Positions 35,599 through 46,292 of a DNA stretch of 64,000 nt are shown here, piece after piece. The stretch is taken from positions 2,803 to 66,802 of the forward strand of contig CALUVL010000011.1 of assembly GCA_944324225.1 (NCBI GenBank), read 5' to 3'. Position numbers and translations under genes: made by a program. Source of the DNA: Candidatus Gastranaerophilales bacterium. GTDB lineage: Bacteria; Cyanobacteriota; Vampirovibrionia; Gastranaerophilales; Gastranaerophilaceae. The notes below the pieces were generated by a model, which was not told the origin of the DNA, did not search any database, and worked only from the letters and a program-made list of their open reading frames with translations. How positions within the stretch are numbered: position 1 is the first letter of the stretch; each line of letters opens with the position of its first letter.

Positions 35599-38271
35599 TT
35601 ATTTCTTAGTGTTGTAATCTCTTACAATACCGTTAAATGCATCCTGATAAATTGTTTTAATATCTTCCATCAACGGATAAGCCGGGTTTGCACCTGTGCA
35701 CTGGTCGTCAAAGGCAAGTTCAACCATTTCATCTAACTTAGCGTTGAAGTCAGCTTCTGTTACACCGAAGTCTTTGATAGAATTCGGAAGGTTAACAGCT
35801 TTCATCAACTTGTCGATAGCGTCAATCAACAATTGAACTTTTTCGTCGTCATTCTTTCCGCCCAATCCCAATTCATCAGCAATTTGCGCATATTTTGCTT
35901 TTGCGTTCGGGAATTTGTATTGCGGGAAGATACATTGTTTTTTCGGGCAATCTGTTGCGTTGTATTTGATTACCTGTCTGATTAACAATGCGTTAGCTAC
36001 ACCGTGAGGGACATTAAACATTGCACCCAATTTGTGAGCCATTGAGTGGCACAATCCCAAGAATGCGTTTGCAAATGCCATACCAGCAATTGTTGCGGCA
36101 TAGTGCATTTTTTCTCTTGCTACAGGATCATTTGCGCCTTCAGACCATGATCTTTCAAGATATCTGAATACAAGTTTTGTAGCTTCTAATGCATTCGAAT
36201 TTGTGAAGTTTGTAGCCATTGAAGATACATAAGCCTCAATTGAGTGAACGAGAGCATCAATACCTGATGCAGCTGTCAAACCTTTCGGCATACCATCTAC
36301 AAAGTTAGGATCGATAATTGCCATATTCGGGGTCAATGCATAATCTGCAATTGCGTATTTTACATGAGTTTCGTCATCTGTAATAATCGCAAAAGGAGTT
36401 ACTTCAGAACCTGTACCAGAAGTTGTCGGTATTGCAACCATTGTTGCTTTTTTACCCAATTCAGGGATACGGCAGATTCTCTTTCTGATATCCATAAATC
36501 TCATAGAGATATCTTCAAACACCGTATCAGGCTGTTCATACATCAACCACATAATTTTAGCAGCATCCATTGGAGATCCGCCGCCCAGTGAAATGATTAC
36601 ATCAGGTTCATAAGGTCTTATGATATCCATTGCCTGATTGATTGTTGATAATGTCGGATCCGGTTTTACATCAAAGAAGATTTGATGGTCAATACCAATT
36701 TCATCCAATACGTTAACTATGCTGTCAACTGCACCTGAGTTGAATAAGAATCTGTCAGTTACGATGAAAGCACGTTTTTTGCCTTGAAGTTCACGGAGAG
36801 CCAAATCAACAGCGCCTCTTTTGAAGTAAACTTTCGGCGGAACTTTGAACCAAAGCATATTTTCTCTCCTTTCAGCAACTGTTTTGTAGTTCAACAAGTT
36901 TTCAACTCCGATGTTTCCGGAAATTGCGTTTTTACCCCAAGATCCGCATCCTAATGAAAGTGACGGTTCAAGTTTGAAGTTATACAAATCACCGATACCG
37001 CCCTGTGCAGAAGGTGAATTGATTAATACACGACAAGCAGGCATTTTTTCAGCAAATTTGTCAACTCTTTCCTGATGACGTGTATCTGTATAAAGGTCAG
37101 CAGAGTGGCCTGCGCCGCCTTTTGATACAAGTTCGTAAGCCATTTCTGTTGCTTCATCAAAATCTTTTGCTCTATACATTGTCAAAATCGGTGACAATTT
37201 TTCTCTTGAGAACGGGTCTTCCCAGTCTACAGAAGGTCTTTCGGCAAGAAGAACCTTTGCGTTTGCCGGCACATCAAATCCGGCAAGTTCTGCAATTCTG
37301 TGAGCCGGCTGACCTACGATATCAGGATGAGCAGTTCCTCGTTTCGGGTCAATAAATGGCAACGCAATCATTTTCTTTTCATCAGCCTGGCTCAAAAGAT
37401 ATGAACCTCTGTAGATGAATTCTTTTTTAACTTCTTCGTAAACTTTGTCAACAACAATTACGGATTGTTCAGAAGCACAAATCATACCATTATCGAAAGT
37501 TTTTGACATAATGATTGAAGAAACAGCCATTTTGATATCAGCAGTTTCATCAATAACAGCGGCAGCGTTTCCAGGGCCAACACCCAATGCAGGATTGCCT
37601 GATGAGTAAGCTGCTTTAACCATTCCGGGACCGCCTGTTGCCAAGATACAAGCAATTGATTCGTGTTTCATCAACTGATTTGACAAATCAATTGAAGGAA
37701 CATCAATCCATCCGATAATATCTTCAGGAGCGCCAGCTTTAACTGCGGCTTCCAAAACTACTTTAGCAGCAGCAATTGTACATTTTGTTGCTCTCGGGTG
37801 GGGTGAGAAGATAATTGCGTTTCTTGTCTTTAACGCAATTAATGATTTGAATATTGCAGTTGATGTCGGGTTTGTTGTAGGAACGATACCTGCAATTACG
37901 CCAAGAGGTTCTGCAACTACTTTAATACCGTTTGCTTTGTCTTCTTTGATAATTCCACAAGTTTTGGCGTTTTTGTGTTTGTTGTAGATGTATTCTGAAG
38001 CAAAATGGTTTTTGATAATTTTGTCTTCCAGAACACCCATTCCGGTTTCTTCGTAAGCCATTCTTGCAAGAGGTATACGTGCTTTGTCAGCAGCAGTAGC
38101 AGCGGCCTTAAAGATTGCATCTACCTGTTCTTGCGTAAAGTTTGAGTAAATTTTTTGAGCTTTTTTTACTCTTTCAATAAGCAATTCCAATTGCTCAGCG
38201 TTGTCGACCAGAGTTGACTTATTTAAAGTCTTTTCAAGGTTTTCAACTGTTTTTTTGCTTTTTGTTGTCAT
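35599..38271 (-). CDS. adhE: Bifunctional acetaldehyde-CoA/alcohol dehydrogenase
   Basis: 890 aa. N-terminal aldehyde dehydrogenase domain plus C-terminal iron-ADH domain (GGGSPMDAAK, the HSMAHKLG histidines). Confidence 0.95.
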   Translation of the reverse strand: MTTKSKKTVENLEKTLNKSTLVDNAEQLELLIERVKKAQKIYSNFTQEQVDAIFKAAATAADKARIPLARMAYEETGMGVLEDKIIKNHFASEYIYNKHKNAKTCGIIKEDKANGIKVVAEPLGVIAGIVPTTNPTSTAIFKSLIALKTRNAIIFSPHPRATKCTIAAAKVVLEAAVKAGAPEDIIGWIDVPSIDLSNQLMKHESIACILATGGPGMVKAAYSSGNPALGVGPGNAAAVIDETADIKMAVSSIIMSKTFDNGMICASEQSVIVVDKVYEEVKKEFIYRGSYLLSQADEKKMIALPFIDPKRGTAHPDIVGQPAHRIAELAGFDVPANAKVLLAERPSVDWEDPFSREKLSPILTMYRAKDFDEATEMAYELVSKGGAGHSADLYTDTRHQERVDKFAEKMPACRVLINSPSAQGGIGDLYNFKLEPSLSLGCGSWGKNAISGNIGVENLLNYKTVAERRENMLWFKVPPKVYFKRGAVDLALRELQGKKRAFIVTDRFLFNSGAVDSIVNVLDEIGIDHQIFFDVKPDPTLSTINQAMDIIRPYEPDVIISLGGGSPMDAAKIMWLMYEQPDTVFEDISMRFMDIRKRICRIPELGKKATMVAIPTTSGTGSEVTPFAIITDDETHVKYAIADYALTPNMAIIDPNFVDGMPKGLTAASGIDALVHSIEAYVSSMATNFTNSNALEATKLVFRYLERSWSEGANDPVAREKMHYAATIAGMAFANAFLGLCHSMAHKLGAMFNVPHGVANALLIRQVIKYNATDCPKKQCIFPQYKFPNAKAKYAQIADELGLGGKNDDEKVQLLIDAIDKLMKAVNLPNSIKDFGVTEADFNAKLDEMVELAFDDQCTGANPAYPLMEDIKTIYQDAFNGIVRDYNTKK

Positions 38272-38495
38272 AATTATTTTTCTCCTTAATCTAACTTGAC
38301 AATTGCTATTTCTATTTCCGTAAGATAATTTTAACAGGATAAATTTTATTTTTCAATTCGTGATTTATTTCACAATTACATTATAAAATAAAGACTCTTA
38401 AAAAGCAAGTGTATTTTTTACAATCTTTATACAAATTTAATATTTACTCTTTTCAGATGAAAGTATTCTGCGGCTTATGATATATACTATTTTGT

Positions 38496-39200
38496 ATGAA
38501 TATATTCAAAAAAATATTTTATTTCCTGTTAAAACTGCAGGAAAAGCAACTTGAAAAACGACTAGATAAACATCTTCAAACTTCTTCCGCAAATATGACG
38601 TCAAAAACTATTCTGGCGTCAAATGTTACTATTACTTTGACTTCTGAAACCGAAAAGAACAAAGAATTGGTATTAAACACAGTCAGAGAGCTAGTTTCTG
38701 GCACAAAAGGCAATCCTGATCTTCTTATTGAATACATTAAAACTCATGGAACAAAGGTCGTAAAACTTCCGAATGCAGATAAAATTCTTGCGTTCATCAA
38801 TGAAGAAGAGGGGCTTATAGGTGAACTCAGAGGCTGGAAAGCTTTTTATCTCAATATTCTTACGGATAACGGCTGTTCTTTCAAAAGTAAACCGATGTTT
38901 ATTTTAAGAAATGAAGGCGTTGATCCTTATTATATTCTTCACCAGTTTTACAAATGGTTTTCGTTTTATAAAGGTCTTCCGGGGTTTGATTACGAGTCGC
39001 AGCAACTGTTCAAAAAATATCTGAACAGCAATGACTCAAAAGGTATCGAAAACTTGACTCTGGGCGAAATGACAGGACTTAAAGAAGCAATTGCAAGAGA
39101 TAACGAAGCGACTGATTTTACGATAAATTACGCAAAATCAATCGACGGCAGCAAGAACGTTCTTGACAAAATGCAAAACGACGGCGGAGCCAGTATTTAA
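38496..39200 (+). CDS. Hypothetical protein
   Basis: 234 aa ORF. No family recognised. Confidence 0.5.
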   Translation: MNIFKKIFYFLLKLQEKQLEKRLDKHLQTSSANMTSKTILASNVTITLTSETEKNKELVLNTVRELVSGTKGNPDLLIEYIKTHGTKVVKLPNADKILAFINEEEGLIGELRGWKAFYLNILTDNGCSFKSKPMFILRNEGVDPYYILHQFYKWFSFYKGLPGFDYESQQLFKKYLNSNDSKGIENLTLGEMTGLKEAIARDNEATDFTINYAKSIDGSKNVLDKMQNDGGASI

Positions 39201-39313
39201 TCACAAGCACCACCGACGCAATATTAATTTTACCACTACAAAACTTCGCACCGTATTTTCAAGCTTTGTAAAAAATACCCCAAAGCCTTGACATTCTTAT
39301 ACTTGAAGCCTTG

Positions 39314-39694
39314 TTACGTCACAGCGAACCTGAAATCCTCTTTCCAGACCTGAAAACCTCCTTCCAACAACATCACCGGATACTCATAATCCGCCAAAAT
39401 CAAAGCTGCTCTTGCTCCCAGATGACATTGCTGGTTGTAACAATAGACAACGTTTATTTTCTCCTTGGAAAGTTTTGTAATATTATCAGCAAGCTCATCT
39501 TTAGGGATAGAAATTGCACCCGGAATATGACTTATTTCGTAATCCTCAGCACGTCTGACATCCACGAGTTCGACCTCATTTTCATCCATAAGTTCTTTAA
39601 GTTCGACCGGCCCCAAAGTATAAGCCAAAATTTTCTCAAAATAAAACTGCGCTTCTTGTGAATTTCTGCGCAGTGCTTCTATTTTTTCGTTCAT
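39314..39694 (-). CDS. Rhodanese-domain protein
   Basis: VDVRRAEDYEISHIPGAISIP and a Cys loop VVYCYNQQCHLGARAA. Confidence 0.75.
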   Translation of the reverse strand: MNEKIEALRRNSQEAQFYFEKILAYTLGPVELKELMDENEVELVDVRRAEDYEISHIPGAISIPKDELADNITKLSKEKINVVYCYNQQCHLGARAALILADYEYPVMLLEGGFQVWKEDFRFAVT

Positions 39695-39826
39695 AACCTG
39701 ATATTCCTTTCTTTTACAAATAAGAATAAATCAGGTTATGAAAAAAGTATTCGGTTAGTGGGGTAAAAATAATTTAGTAAGATGGGTAAATGTCTATTAT
39801 AATTCTTGTCTATGACAGCCTGAAAA

Positions 39827-40126
39827 TTAGGCAGTGTAACTTATATGGTTGTAAATATCAGGATTGATATTTACGTCGTATTCGTTGGTTCTTTTGAACT
39901 CTTTAATAGCTCTTCCTACTTTGTTGATAAAAGCTGTAACGAAGTTGGGGTTTTGAACCATATCAGACTTGCTTGAACGTCTGAGGTCATTTTCAAAGTT
40001 AATTTTGGCATTTGGGTTTTGAAGAGCCAAAATTGCAACACTGGGGGTAATGTTATTCATGGTGTTGTCACCAAATGATATATATTTTCTGCTGTTTAAT
40101 CCGTTTTGAATTCTATCTACTTTCAT
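39827..40126 (-). CDS. Hypothetical small protein
   Basis: Start trimmed to the ATG at 40126 behind the strong RBS AGAGGAGG. 99 aa. Confidence 0.55.
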   Translation of the reverse strand: MKVDRIQNGLNSRKYISFGDNTMNNITPSVAILALQNPNAKINFENDLRRSSKSDMVQNPNFVTAFINKVGRAIKEFKRTNEYDVNINPDIYNHISYTA

Positions 40127-40480
40127 TGTAATCCTCCTCTCTTGAGGTCTTATTAAGTGTTTGTTTAACACTTCATCCTTACATTCACACTATAAACTAG
40201 AATAATTCATTTGTCAACCCCTACTATGAACTTTTGTTAAGAAGCTAAAATACCATATCTACCTTGGTTTTAGGCATAAAGTGATATTTTTACACTTATT
40301 TTAAAGTGTTTTTTATACACTTTTCTTTAAAAACTAGCCATGCTTCTATTTTTTCTACTGCCTGTTCGGATAATTTTCCGGCTACTGCAAATCAGGCAGG
40401 CGGTGAATTGTTTATATTCCGGAATTTAGATTTAATATAATTAAATCTTTTTCATACTTCCAGCTATTCTTAATTCCAAC

Positions 40481-40507
40481 GGGAGCCAATTCAGCTCCCC
40501 TTTTTTT
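40481..40507 (+). terminator. Orphan rho-independent terminator (GGGAGC-caattca-GCTCCC followed by a T-run, T7) with no annotated plus-strand gene upstream
   Basis: Seen directly in the sequence. The nearest ORFs on both sides are on the minus strand. Confidence 0.6.
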
Positions 40508-40553
40508 ACTTCGAAACCAATGCAAATTAAAACATTACAATACTATTAATCAT

Positions 40554-40742
40554 CTAACTTACGTAAGAAAACCCAGTAGAAAAGCCCGCAAAAGGTGCTA
40601 TATATCCCAGCAACACAAGCTTTCGCGCAGGACCGGGGTACGGAAGCGATAATTCAACATCAATACTGTTGATATGACATATATAAGATATGATACATCC
40701 GGCTATAGTCAATAAAATCAATTTTATTGTTGACTTTTTCAT
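40554..40742 (-). CDS. Small hydrophobic membrane protein (hypothetical)
   Basis: 62 aa with two hydrophobic segments, 15 nt downstream of lysC. Confidence 0.35.
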   Translation of the reverse strand: MKKSTIKLILLTIAGCIISYICHINSIDVELSLPYPGPARKLVLLGYIAPFAGFSTGFSYVS

Positions 40743-40757
40743 ATATAAAGACCTGCA

Positions 40758-42023
40758 TTAAACGTCCGGCAAATCACCCTTTACCACTGCGGTTTCGTCG
40801 CCTTCAAGCTCAAAAACTTTGTGTAAAGCTTTCAAGGCTCTTTCTGCATCGTCTTTATCTACAAGACAGCTTATTTTTATTTCACTGGTAGAGATCATTT
40901 TTATGTTCACTCCAAGATCCGCAAGGGTTTGGAACATGGTAGAAGCAATACCGGGTCTGTCAATCATGCCGGCTCCGACTATTGAAACTTTCGCAATATT
41001 GTCATTCACCTGAATATCACCGCAATTCAGATCTTTTTTCAATGAATCAAGTGTTTTTATTGTTTTGTCCAGATCCGAGCTATCTATAGTAAATGCTATA
41101 TCGTTAGTGTTTGAAACCTTTCGTGCGTATGACTGGATAATCATATCAACAGAAATATGTTCTTTTGCAAGGCTGCTAAATAATTTTGCAGCCTGACCCG
41201 GAGTGTCCGGAACATCGCATACGACAATTCTTGCCTGTGACAAGTCTGAGGCTACTCCGGTTACGGGTTTATAAATTTCCATCTTATCGACTCCTAATAT
41301 TAAAGTACCTAAATTTTCAGTTTTAAAACTGCTTCTGACACGCAGAGGAACATTGAATTGCTTTGCGGTTTCTACACTTCTGGGGTGAAGAACATTTGCG
41401 CCCGCATGCGCAAGCTCAAGCATCTCTTCATAAGAGATTTCATCGAGCCTTGTGGCTTTCGGAACTATTCTCGGGTCTGTTGTGTAAACACCTTCAACAT
41501 CAGTATAAATATCGCATCTTTCCGCATTCAAAGCTGCTGCTAGTGCTACTGCGGAAGTGTCAGAACCGCCTCTTCCGAGAGTTGTAATCTCGCCGTCTTC
41601 AGTTACCCCCTGAAAACCTGCGACAACAATAATTTTGCCTTCTTTTAAATTTTTCTTTAATTTGTCGGTTTTAATATCTATAATTCTTGCTTTTGAATGG
41701 ACATTTTCTGTAATTATACCTATCTGCATTGCGTTGAAACTGACAGCCTCATAGCCTTGAGCCTGAATTGCCATTGCCAACAAAGCTATTGAAACACCTT
41801 CGCCGGTTGATAGAAGCATGTCCATTTCCCTGCCCGACGGATCAGGCGACAAATCTTTTGCCATTTTAACAAGATAATCAGTTGTATGCCCCATAGCAGA
41901 AACTACGACTACAACATCATTCCCATTTTCTTTTTCTTTTATGACGGTCTTAGCTACATTCTTTATTTTTTCGGTATCGGCTACTGATGTTCCGCCGAAT
42001 TTTTGTACAATAACCTTTCTCAA
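40758..42023 (-). CDS. lysC: Aspartate kinase
   Basis: VQKFGGTSVAD N-terminus and 421 aa with tandem C-terminal ACT domains. Confidence 0.9.
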   Translation of the reverse strand: MRKVIVQKFGGTSVADTEKIKNVAKTVIKEKENGNDVVVVVSAMGHTTDYLVKMAKDLSPDPSGREMDMLLSTGEGVSIALLAMAIQAQGYEAVSFNAMQIGIITENVHSKARIIDIKTDKLKKNLKEGKIIVVAGFQGVTEDGEITTLGRGGSDTSAVALAAALNAERCDIYTDVEGVYTTDPRIVPKATRLDEISYEEMLELAHAGANVLHPRSVETAKQFNVPLRVRSSFKTENLGTLILGVDKMEIYKPVTGVASDLSQARIVVCDVPDTPGQAAKLFSSLAKEHISVDMIIQSYARKVSNTNDIAFTIDSSDLDKTIKTLDSLKKDLNCGDIQVNDNIAKVSIVGAGMIDRPGIASTMFQTLADLGVNIKMISTSEIKISCLVDKDDAERALKALHKVFELEGDETAVVKGDLPDV

Positions 42024-43561
42024 TTGTTTTCCTTTTCCTGAAGTTTATTTAACATTTCAGCCAATTCCGCCGATTTGTCAGGGTATTTAAAAGCATTTTC
42101 ATCTATACTTTTTATTTTATCAGCAAGCTCCAATGCTTCCTTTATATTATATTCACAAACGTTTTCCTTGACAAGTATGTAACTTGTAAAAAATAACATA
42201 TTTAATAATTCAGTGTTATCAGGTGCATATTTAACAGCTTTTCGCAATTTTCTGGCTGCATCTGACATATTATCAATTGAGATTAATAATTTTGAATAAT
42301 CAATATAAGTTCTTAATCTCCTGGGATTTTCTTTAATTGCGGTTTCAAAATATTCTCGAGCATTTGTATTGTCGCCCAGATGCATGTAGGCTTTTGCAAT
42401 ATAATAATTGTTGATTGAATCGGGCAAATCTTCTTTTAAGGCTGATTTAAAACAGTGAATGCCCTCAATAAAATTTTCCTCTGCACAATAAAGCAAACCA
42501 AGCCCTGTCAGTGCAAAAGATTTATTTTCTTCGCTGCTGTTAACAGCCTCCTCGAAAACTTCCTTTGCGCCTTCCAAGTTTCCGCTTATAACACTTAAAT
42601 ATGTCTTAATCAGATGAACTTCTTTATTATTGCAATCAAGTTCTTCTGCTTTTTGAATTTTTTCTAAAGCTTGTTCCATATGTTCAAATTTTATAAGCGA
42701 GAATGCCCACTCAATATACAAATTCGGAGCTATAAGAGATAAAGATTCAGCCGTTTCATAATTTTGAAGCGAAGCGGATTCTTCATTTTTTATCCTGTAA
42801 ATCTCGCCGGTCAAAAGATATGCAGGAAGCATGTTTTTATTAAAATCGAGTGCTTTAGCAGCGTAGAAAAGTGCGCTTTCATAATCTTTTTTCAGAAATA
42901 AGAGTTTCGCATATTCAAAAGAGTTGCCTTCATTCGGCGCAACATTTGCCAGAAACTTCAGCTTGCTTTCAGCTTCATCATACATTTTAAGCTTAATTTC
43001 TGTCACAGCACCAAGAAAAATAGCATTTAGATTATATTTATTTGCCTTGGCTGAATCTGCAAATTTTTCCCGTGCTTCAGGGTATTTTTTCTGCTTCATC
43101 AAAGACATGCCCCACCCCATCAGAACTTCTGAATTCGCAGGAGTAAGTTTATCTGCATTTTCAAATGATTCATCAGCCTCGTCATAAATGCCTGAATTCA
43201 ACAGCGCAAAACCCAGATATTTCCAGATAGTTTTGTCGTTTTTATCCAGATTGGCCGATTTTTTGTATGCGATTACAGAATCAGTAAATCTGAACAATTT
43301 GTCATAAACTATGCCTTTGTATTTATACACAAGAGCATCTTCCTGCGGAAGGCTCTCTGCTTCGGACAAAATGTCCAGTGCATCTTTCAATCTGCCTTCC
43401 TCAAGACATTTTTTTGCTCTGTTTACATATGCAACAGAAGGCAGAGATTGGATTACGGAACTCTCCTTGTAACTGTCTATTTTGGAGCTTATAGATTGAA
43501 TTTTTTTTATTACTTCTTCAAACCAATCAGACAATCTGCCACCTCTCTGAATGCTCCGCAT
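42020..43561 (-). CDS. Tetratricopeptide-repeat protein
   Basis: Many TPR-like A/Y/L-patterned 34-aa repeats. 4-nt overlap with lysC. The start is uncertain (it overlaps the upstream gene by 52 nt). Confidence 0.65.
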   Translation of the reverse strand: MRSIQRGGRLSDWFEEVIKKIQSISSKIDSYKESSVIQSLPSVAYVNRAKKCLEEGRLKDALDILSEAESLPQEDALVYKYKGIVYDKLFRFTDSVIAYKKSANLDKNDKTIWKYLGFALLNSGIYDEADESFENADKLTPANSEVLMGWGMSLMKQKKYPEAREKFADSAKANKYNLNAIFLGAVTEIKLKMYDEAESKLKFLANVAPNEGNSFEYAKLLFLKKDYESALFYAAKALDFNKNMLPAYLLTGEIYRIKNEESASLQNYETAESLSLIAPNLYIEWAFSLIKFEHMEQALEKIQKAEELDCNNKEVHLIKTYLSVISGNLEGAKEVFEEAVNSSEENKSFALTGLGLLYCAEENFIEGIHCFKSALKEDLPDSINNYYIAKAYMHLGDNTNAREYFETAIKENPRRLRTYIDYSKLLISIDNMSDAARKLRKAVKYAPDNTELLNMLFFTSYILVKENVCEYNIKEALELADKIKSIDENAFKYPDKSAELAEMLNKLQEKENN

Positions 43562-44019
43562 CCGCCGTCATTCTCAGTAATTTGTATTCCGTCAAGCTCT
43601 TTCAAAGCAACAGGTGCATGAGGAACCGTAAGCCGATTTTTTACAAACTTCAAACTTTCCAAATCGTTTACATCATCACCTATGTATAAATATTCATCCT
43701 CAGACAAAGAATATTTTTCTACAATATTTTTAATTACATCAATTTTCTTTCTTATATTTGTATGAACTTCTTTGATATCAAATTTCTTAGCAATTATTTC
43801 TATTGCCCTGTTTGTTTCACCTGAAACTATTGCTATATCAAATCCGTTCTTTTTTAATATTGAAAAGCCCATGACATCAGCAAAGTTTAACTTTCTTGAC
43901 ATATCGCCGCTGTCAGAAATATAAACGCAATTATCGGTTACAACACCGTCGAAATCAGTAATAATCATTTTTATAGTATCCGGTAATTTCAAATCAGACA
44001 TATTTCCAACAATCCTCAC
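43510..44019 (-). CDS. HAD-IIIA phosphatase, KdsC-like (3-deoxy-D-manno-octulosonate-8-phosphate phosphatase family)
   Basis: ITDFDGVVTDN, GDDVNDLE and GGCGAFREV motifs. Confidence 0.7.
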   Translation of the reverse strand: MRIVGNMSDLKLPDTIKMIITDFDGVVTDNCVYISDSGDMSRKLNFADVMGFSILKKNGFDIAIVSGETNRAIEIIAKKFDIKEVHTNIRKKIDVIKNIVEKYSLSEDEYLYIGDDVNDLESLKFVKNRLTVPHAPVALKELDGIQITENDGGCGAFREVADCLIGLKK

Positions 44020-44107
44020 TTTACATTATTAACACTCGGACGCTTATTTGTTATAATAAAGTATAACATAAAAAAGGTTATGATAATAAAGATTAAAGGT
44101 TAAATTA

Positions 44108-45379
44108 ATGCTCTGGTATGTAATTAATATTTCAATAATTGTTGTTTTCCTTGCACTGTTTCTTGTAACCAGACAGATGAACAAGCGCTGGTCTAAAATT
44201 AACGATTATCTCGGAATGGTCACGAACACTGTTAATTCAGTCCGTTACGGAAATCTGTCTACAAAGATAGAAAAAATTGAACATCCTACCTATCAAAATG
44301 TTACTGATAGTATCAACAGAATGGTTGAAACGCTTAACGATCGTGAAAAAATGATTGTCGAATACCAGGCCGAACTTATCAGGCAGAACAAACTGCTTGA
44401 AAGTGTCATCAACTCGCTTTCTGATGGCATCCTTATCGTAAATGAACAGGGAAATATATTAAGAGCAACCCCGAAAATCATCAAATGGTTCGGAGTTAAA
44501 GGAAATGATATTCTCGGCAAAAACGTTTATGACTACATAGAAATCGACGGCGGAAACACTATCGAAAAACTTTCCGACACAGATGTTTTTATAAAAAACA
44601 CCCCGACAAATAATTTTATTATAAATTCAGTAAGACTTTCACTTGACGACAAAAAACGCTATGTTCTTCTCATAAAAGACATAACAACCCAACGGGAAAT
44701 TGAAACCTTAAAAGAAGATTTTGTTGCAACCCTGACCCATGACTTAAAAGTTCCGATTGTTGCAGAGGCAAACATCCTGAACTTTCTAATAGACGGCAAA
44801 TTTGGTGAAATTAATGACAAACAAAGAGTTGCGCTTCTGAATATGAAGTCTTCCAACGAAGAGCTTATTGATCTTGTGCAAATAGTGCTTGAAACTTACA
44901 AAATCAAAGAAACAGGCATTCCGCTTCTTAAGGAAAACATTAAACTCAATGAATTTTTGACAGACATTGTAAATGAGGTTCAGCCGATAGCCGCAAACTC
45001 AGGCCTTGTCATAAACTTTATCCCGCCTGAAAAAAACTTAACAGTATCTGCCGACGTTATGCAGTTAAAAAGGGTTGTTAAAAATTTGATTTCAAATGCA
45101 ATCTCACACAGCAACACAAAAAAAGATATTGATATAAAAACCGGTGAAATTCCCGGATTTGTAACAATTTCAGTAATCGATTACGGTCAAGGTCTTCCGG
45201 AAGAAGAACTTAAACTAATTTTTAACAAATACTATTCTGCAGCAAAGAAATTCCGCAAAATTGGAACCGGTTTGGGGCTTTACCTTTCACAGCAGATTGC
45301 AAAATCACATGGGGGTGAAATCACTGTACAAAGTGAAGAAAACGTCAGAACAGAGTTCTGCATAAAGCTTCCTGACTAA
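44108..45379 (+). CDS. Sensor histidine kinase (TM, PAS-like, HisKA, HATPase); no adjacent response regulator
   Basis: H-box FVATLTHDLKVP, N-box and the G2 box GTGLGL. Confidence 0.85.
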   Translation: MLWYVINISIIVVFLALFLVTRQMNKRWSKINDYLGMVTNTVNSVRYGNLSTKIEKIEHPTYQNVTDSINRMVETLNDREKMIVEYQAELIRQNKLLESVINSLSDGILIVNEQGNILRATPKIIKWFGVKGNDILGKNVYDYIEIDGGNTIEKLSDTDVFIKNTPTNNFIINSVRLSLDDKKRYVLLIKDITTQREIETLKEDFVATLTHDLKVPIVAEANILNFLIDGKFGEINDKQRVALLNMKSSNEELIDLVQIVLETYKIKETGIPLLKENIKLNEFLTDIVNEVQPIAANSGLVINFIPPEKNLTVSADVMQLKRVVKNLISNAISHSNTKKDIDIKTGEIPGFVTISVIDYGQGLPEEELKLIFNKYYSAAKKFRKIGTGLGLYLSQQIAKSHGGEITVQSEENVRTEFCIKLPD

Positions 45380-45644
45380 TAAAAAATAATGTCCTCAGAA
45401 CAACGCCGCTTTTGGAGGCAAAAGCGACTAAAAAGTGCTCGGAACAAATTTACTTGCTTTATACGAAACGGTTACAATTGATTAGCGAATGTAGCTCAGG
45501 TCAGCAGTTTGCATCCAAAGCCTCCCCTCTGTTCTGCGTAAGCCCCAGCCGGAGGCTTTATAAAATTATATTAAATATAGACTTTATACTAATAACATAC
45601 TTTATGTTTATACTGAAAAAAACTTTTATTATATAATCTGAATT

Positions 45645-46292
45645 ATGAAAGAGTTTTTTATAGGGCTGTTAGATTGGATTTATAAGAAAAAGTGCTACTT
45701 TTGCAAACGCTCTGACGAATGCGTCAAAATGTGCTCCAGATGCTACGAAACCCTTGAACATCTTCAGCCTGCCCCTAACAGAATGATCAATGGAAAAAAT
45801 ATTTACTGCACAGGTGTTTATGAGAAAAATCTGCAAAAGCTTATTAGAGGATTAAAATATCATAACCAAAAAGAACTCGCTTTCTATCTTGCTAAGTTTA
45901 TGAATGAATACTGGCAAAAAATTACAGATAAAAATAATTTTCAAGTTGTTCCTGTACCTATCTACAAAACCAGAGAGAAAAAACGTAAATATAACCACAT
46001 GAATCTTGTAGCCGAAGAATTTTGCAAACTCTCAGGTTGCACGCTTAATACTGACCTTGTTAAAAGAATTAAAGACACAAAACCTCAGTATAAACTAAAA
46101 AAAGCAGAACGTGAAATTAACCTCAAAGATGCTTTTGAAGTGGATGAAACTAATCTTTTGCCCATGAAAATTTTAATAATCGACGACATATGTACTACAG
46201 GCTCAACATTTGAGGAAATGATAAAAGAATTTGAAAAACATAATATTTTTGATATAACATGTCTTGCTGCCACAACCCCGTTTGAGGAATAA
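45645..46292 (+). CDS. ComF-family phosphoribosyltransferase-domain protein
   Basis: N-terminal CxxC...CxxC zinc-finger-like motif and the PRTase motif ILIIDDICTTGST. Confidence 0.75.
   Translation: MKEFFIGLLDWIYKKKCYFCKRSDECVKMCSRCYETLEHLQPAPNRMINGKNIYCTGVYEKNLQKLIRGLKYHNQKELAFYLAKFMNEYWQKITDKNNFQVVPVPIYKTREKKRKYNHMNLVAEEFCKLSGCTLNTDLVKRIKDTKPQYKLKKAEREINLKDAFEVDETNLLPMKILIIDDICTTGSTFEEMIKEFEKHNIFDITCLAATTPFEE

Noticed and set aside
39311-39661. 116-aa plus-strand ORF overlapping the rhodanese gene.
   Set aside because: The minus-strand translation has clear rhodanese motifs. The plus ORF has none and overlaps it entirely.
45412-45636. 74-aa plus-strand ORF after the histidine kinase gene.
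   Set aside because: It lies in a GC-enriched hairpin-rich spacer (AAAGCCTCC...GGAGGCTTT at 45517-45559). There is no RBS and no recognisable protein features.
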